Below, piece by piece: positions 59,976 to 64,000 of a DNA stretch of 64,000 bases. The stretch is from the NCBI RefSeq assembly GCF_009914755.1, contig NC_060940.1; one strand, written 5' to 3'. A model generated the notes under the pieces. That model searched no databases. It saw only the letters and a program-made list of their open reading frames with translations, and was not told the origin of the DNA. The translations under genes and the position numbers were made by a program. The stretch is from the human T2T-CHM13v2.0 reference genome, Homo sapiens. Every line of letters starts with the position of its first letter. Position 1 is the first letter of the stretch.

Positions 59976-62900
59976 CATTCATTTCCATTCAATGATTCCA
60001 TTCGAGTCCATTTGATCATTCCGGTAGGGTCCATTCGATGTTGATTCCATTGGAGTGCATTCGATGATTCCATTCGAGTCCATTTTAGGATTTGATTCGA
60101 GTCCTTTCGATGATTCCATTCGATTCCACTCGATGATGATTTCATTCGAGTCCATTCGACACTTCCAATCGATTCCATTTGATGATTCCATTCGAGTCCA
60201 ATTGATGATTCCATTCAATTCCATTCGATGATGATTCCGTACGATTCCATTCTGTGATGATTCCATGTGATTGCATTCAATGATGATTCCTTTCGATTGC
60301 ATTCGATTATGATTCATTTCGTGTTCATTCTATGGTTCCACAGGTTTCCATTCGTGTCCATTCCATTATTCCATTCTATTCCATTTGATGATGATTCCAT
60401 TCGATTCCATTCATTGGTGATTCCACTCAATTCCATTCAATGATTCCATTCCATTTCTTTCAACAATGATTCCATTAGTTTCTAATCGAGGATCCACTTG
60501 ATTCCATTTGACGACGATTCCATTCTTGTCCATTCGATGATTCCATTTGATTCCATATGATGATGATTCCATTCGATTCCATACCATGATGATTCCATTC
60601 GAGTCCATTCAATGGTGATTCCATTCAATTCCATTCGATGATTCCTTTTGATTCCATTCGATGATGATGGCATTCGATTCCTTTCAATCATTCCCTTTGA
60701 TTCCATTCAAAGGTGATTTCATTCAAGTCCATTCGATAATTGCATTCGATTCCATTCTATGATGATTCCATTCGAGTCCATTTGATGATTCCATTCAATT
60801 CAAGTCAATGATGATTCCATTCGATTCCATTCGATGATTCCATTGGATTCCATTCGATGATGATTCCATTCAAATCCATTCGATAATTCAATTCAAGTCC
60901 ATTCGATGATGATTCCAATCGAATCCATTCAAAGATTCCATTCAGTTCCATTCGATGATTCCCTTAGATTCCATTCGATGATTCCACTTGATTGCATTTA
61001 CGATGATTCCATTCGATTCCATGTGATGATTCCATTCAATTCTATTCAATGATGTCTCCATTTGATTCCATTCGACCATGATTGCCTTTGATTCCATTCA
61101 GTGATTCCATTCGGTTCCGTTTGATGATGATTCCGTTCGATTCCATTTGATGATTCCATTTGATTCCATTGGATGAGTCCATTCGATTACATTCGATGAT
61201 TATTCCATTCGAGTGCATTAGATGATTCCATTCGAGTCCATTCGATGATTCCATTCGATTCCATTCGATGTTGATTCTGTTCAAATCCATTCGATGATTC
61301 CACTCGATTCCATTCGTTGACTCCATTTGATCCCATTCGATGATTTCCTTTGATTCCCTTTGATGATCATTCCATTTGATTCAATTCGGTGATTTCATTT
61401 GATTCCATTCAGTGATGTTTCCATTCGACTCCATTCGATGATGATTCCATTCGACTCCATTCGATTATGATTTCATTCAATTCCATTCGATAATGATTCC
61501 CTTCGAGTCCATTCGATGATTCCATTCGATTCCATTCAACGATGATTTGATTCGTGTCCATTCGATGATTCCATTTGATTCCACTTGATGATGATTCCAT
61601 TCGAGTCCATTTGATGATTCCATTCAATTCCATACTCCGATGATTTCTTTTGAGCCCACTCAATGCTTCCACTCGATTCCATATGATGATGACTCCATTC
61701 GATGAAATTCGATGATGATTCCATTCGCTTGCTTTCGATGATGATTCCACTTGAGTCCGTTAGAAGATTCTATTCAATTACATTCCAGGACGATTCCGTT
61801 CGAGTCCATTTGATGATTCCATTAGACTCCATTCGACGATGATTCCATTCGATGTTATTCGATGATTCCATTCGATCTCATTCGATGATGATTCCATTCA
61901 ACTCCATTCGATGTTTCCATTCGAGTTCATTCTATTATTCCATTAGATTCCATTCGATGATGATTCCATTCGATTCCATTTGATGATTGCATTCTATTTC
62001 ATTTGATGATGATTCCATTCGAGTCCACTCGATGATTCCATTCGAGTCCATTTAATGAATCCATTGGTTTCAATTCTATGATGATTACATTGGATTCCAT
62101 TCGTTGATGATTTCATTCGGTTCCATTCAATGATGATTCCATTCAATTCCTTTCAATGTTTCCATTCAATTCCATACGATGATGATTCCATTTGATTTGA
62201 TTCGACAGTGAGCCATTCGATTCAATTCCATGATGATTCTATTTGATTCAATTGGTTGACATTTCCATTCGATTCCATTCGATGATGATTCCCTTTGATT
62301 CCGTTCAAAGATGATTCCATTCTAGCCCATTCAATCATTCCATTCGATTCTATTCAATGATGATTCCATTCATGTCGATTTGGTGATTCCATTTGACTTC
62401 ATTTGATGATGATTCCTTTCAAGTTCATTAGATGATTCCATTCGATTCCATTTGATGATGATCCCATTCGAGTCCATTCAGTGATTCCATTCGTTTCTAT
62501 TCCATGATGATTCCATTCCTTTCCATTCAATGATTCCATTCGATTCCGTTTGATGATGATTTCATTGGAGTCCATTTGATGATTCCATTTGATTCCATTC
62601 GATGATGATTCCATTCGAGTCCATTCGATGATTCTATTCGAATCCATTTGATGATTTCTTTTGATTATATTTGGTGATGATTCCATTGGAGTCCATTCAA
62701 TGATTCCATTCTATTCCAATCGATGATGATTCCATTAGAGTCCATTTAATGATTCCATTTGATTCCAGTCTCTGATGATTACATTCGAGTCCATACGATG
62801 ATTCCACTCAATTCCATATGATGATGATTCCATTTGATTCCATTCGGTGATTCCATTCTATTCTATTCAATGGTGATTCCATTCGAGTACATTAGATGAT

Positions 62901-64000
62901 TCCATTCGATTCCATTCAATGATGATTCTATTTGTGTCCCTTAGATGATTCCACATGATTCCATTAGATGATGATACTATTTGAGCCCATCCAATGATTC
63001 CCTTCGATTCCATTCGATGAGGATTCCATTCGATTCAATTCATTGGTGATTCTATTCAATTCAATTCTTTGATTCCATTCCATTCCATTCGACAATGATT
63101 CCATTCGATTTCTTTCGATGATTCCACTCGATTCCACTTGACACTGATTCCATTCGATTCCATTCAATGATTCCATTTGATTCCAGTGGATGATGATTGC
63201 CATCGATTCCATTCGATCACTCCATTCTATTCCATTTGATGATGATTACATTCGATTCCATTTGATGATTCCATCTGATTCTATTCGAGGATTCCATTTG
63301 ATTCCATTCGATGATGATTCCATTCGAGTCCGTTCGATGATTTCATTCGAGTACGTCCAATGATTCCATTCGAGTCCATTAGATGATTCCATTTGATTCC
63401 ATTTGAAAATGATTCTACTAGAGTCCATTCAATGACTCCATTCGAGTCCATTCAACAATTCCATTCGACTCCATTCGATGATTCCATTCGATTCCATTTG
63501 ATGGTTCCATTCGAGTCCATTTAATCATTACAGTCGAGTCCATTTGGTGATTCCACTGGATTTCTTTTGATAATGATACCATTCCATTACATTTGATGAT
63601 GATCCCATTCAATTTCATTTGATGATGATTCCATTAGAGTCCATTCGATGATTTCATTCGAGTCCCTTCATTGATTCCATCCGATTTCATTGGATGATGA
63701 CTCCATTCGAGTCCATTCGATGATTCCACTCGATTCCATTAGATGACTCCATTGGAGTCCATTTGATTGTTCCATTCGATTCCATTCGATTCCTTTCGAA
63801 GATTATTCCATTTGAGTCCATTCGATGATGATTCCATTCCATTCCATTCGATGATTCCGTTTGATTCCATTCGATGATTCCCTTCGATTCCTTTCTTTGA
63901 TGATTCCATTCCATTCCATTCAATGATTCCATTCGAATCTATTCCATGATGATTCCTTTCGATTCCATTCGCTGATGTTTCCATTCAATTCCATTCGATG
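59976..64000 (+). repeat. Unit U11, partial (first 4,025 bp, cut by the window edge; non-deleted type)
   Basis: Landmark at 59979; includes the 374-bp segment (gacagtgagcc near 62204). Confidence 0.95.

Larger units (their letters stand above)
1..64000 (+). repeat. Human satellite 2 (HSat2/HSATII) pericentromeric array, probably subfamily HSat2B with a 6,112-bp unit (chr16q11.2-like)
   Basis: Continuous degenerate CATTC-derived motifs (attccattcg, attccattcgatg, attccattcgatgatg, cattcgagtccattc) on the + strand from base 1 to 64000. The CATTCGATTC / GATGATG content distinguishes HSat2 from simple (CATTC)n HSat3. Landmarks such as ccggtagggtcc recur with a 6,112-bp period. The chr16 assignment rests on the known ~6.1-kb period and is inference. 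Confidence 0.97.

Noticed and set aside
4-63984. About 190 minus-strand ORFs of 60-132 aa (MESSSNGIEWNHRM-like)
   Set aside because: They are low-complexity translations of the GAATG strand, which is poor in stop codons and rich in ATG. They overlap in several frames, recur with the unit period and are created or broken by single SNPs or indels. There is no domain or gene structure.
1-64000. CRISPR-like repeat/spacer array
   Set aside because: There are no unique spacers: the sequence between motifs is the same degenerate monomer, and whole 6-kb blocks are repeated. There are no cas genes.
1-64000. Alpha satellite, CENP-B boxes, telomeric repeats or HSat3
   Set aside because: There is no 171-bp monomer, no recognisable CENP-B box and no TTAGGG tract. 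Pure CATTC runs are only about 3 copies long, and the CATTCGATGATG signature indicates HSat2.
1-64000. Embedded transposon (Alu/L1), unique-sequence island or strand inversion
   Set aside because: Unit offsets are fully explained by 6112, minus 374 and minus 23. I saw no poly-A tail, no foreign sequence and no GAATG-strand segment.
1-64000. A previously undescribed coding or defence system
   Set aside because: Nothing in the sequence supports one. The window is a known class of non-coding satellite, and any novelty is limited to its fine-scale variant structure.

Overview
The whole 64 kb window is one uninterrupted block of primate (almost certainly human) classical satellite 2 (HSat2/HSATII), with the CATTC strand on +. 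It is built from degenerate (CATTC)-derived 10/13/23/26-bp motifs such as ATTCCATTCGATGATG and ATTCCATTCGAGTCCATTCGATG. These are organised into a highly homogeneous tandem unit of 6,112 bp, present as about 10.7 copies. That period matches the roughly 6.1-kb HSat2B unit known from the chromosome 16q11.2 heterochromatin (locus assigned from recall, not from a search). Unit lengths, read from the recurring ORF track and checked against the sequence, are 6112, 5738, 5738, 6112, 5715, 6112, 6112, 6112, 6112, 6112 and a partial copy. The short units share one 374-bp deletion, and one of them also lacks a 23-bp monomer. There are no genes, RNA genes, transposons, CRISPR arrays or strand switches, and all listed ORFs are translations of the satellite. 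I found no evidence for a new coding system. What deserves a second look is array evolution: structural variant units, incipient two-unit higher-order periodicity, SNP haplotype mosaics, relic internal duplications and dense DUX4-type motifs.
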